Assembly: GCF_000315625.1 (NCBI RefSeq)
Contig: NW_005434619.1
Coordinates: forward strand, 19,170-69,104
DNA from: Guillardia theta CCMP2712
Lineage: Eukaryota; Protista; Cryptophyta
Direction of reading: 5' to 3'
Length of the DNA stretch: 49,935 bases
The first letter of the stretch is position 1; each line of letters opens with the position of its first letter. Below are positions 47,001-49,935 of the stretch, one piece after another. The notes beneath the pieces were generated by a model. The model was not told where the DNA came from and did no database searches. It worked only from the letters and a program-made list of their open reading frames with translations. Both the position numbers and the translations under genes were made by a program.

Positions 47001-47031
47001 AAGTTTATCACTTAGCTCGCATGTCCTGCTC

Positions 47032-49935
<2,904 letters not shown>

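Overview
Gene-dense eukaryotic nuclear DNA, not prokaryotic. It has short GT-AG introns (mostly about 45-100 nt) with CTGAC-type branch points, strong GC3 bias and microsatellite-filled introns. One gene has a bipartite plastid-targeting presequence (signal peptide + VSA-F), and there are axonemal and flagellar-root genes and Zn2Cys6 factors. Together these suggest an alga with a red-derived complex plastid, most likely a cryptophyte of the Guillardia/Hanusia type (inference). About 18 protein genes are recognisable: a CaMK-type kinase fused to ARM repeats, a Tim17/22/23-family protein, a four-domain NALCN/Cch1-like cation channel, a plastid-targeted Tas-like aldo-keto reductase, a signal-peptide-bearing Aha1-N protein, a CYLD-like USP with a UBA insert, two duplicated double-Zn2Cys6 genes, DNAL4, an SF-assemblin-like protein, AASDH, an ABCC transporter (partial) and several unknowns. 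Most notable observations: (1) the channel's E-D-R-D selectivity filter; (2) a 4-exon CDGSH Fe-S protein with a C-terminal tail anchor, absent from the ORF track, whose first intron is a tandem array of its own 5' splice site and which lies between 42-bp inverted repeats; (3) ubiquitin-tail-like LRGG motifs after signal peptides in two unrelated genes; (4) a 50-bp near-perfect inverted repeat, apparently formed by two neighbouring introns; (5) a recurring two-part intergenic pattern of a CCGG/CAGT-rich block and a strand-biased GGGGT block. All exon models were read by eye and need RNA-seq confirmation. No rRNA, tRNA, CRISPR array or transposase was seen.
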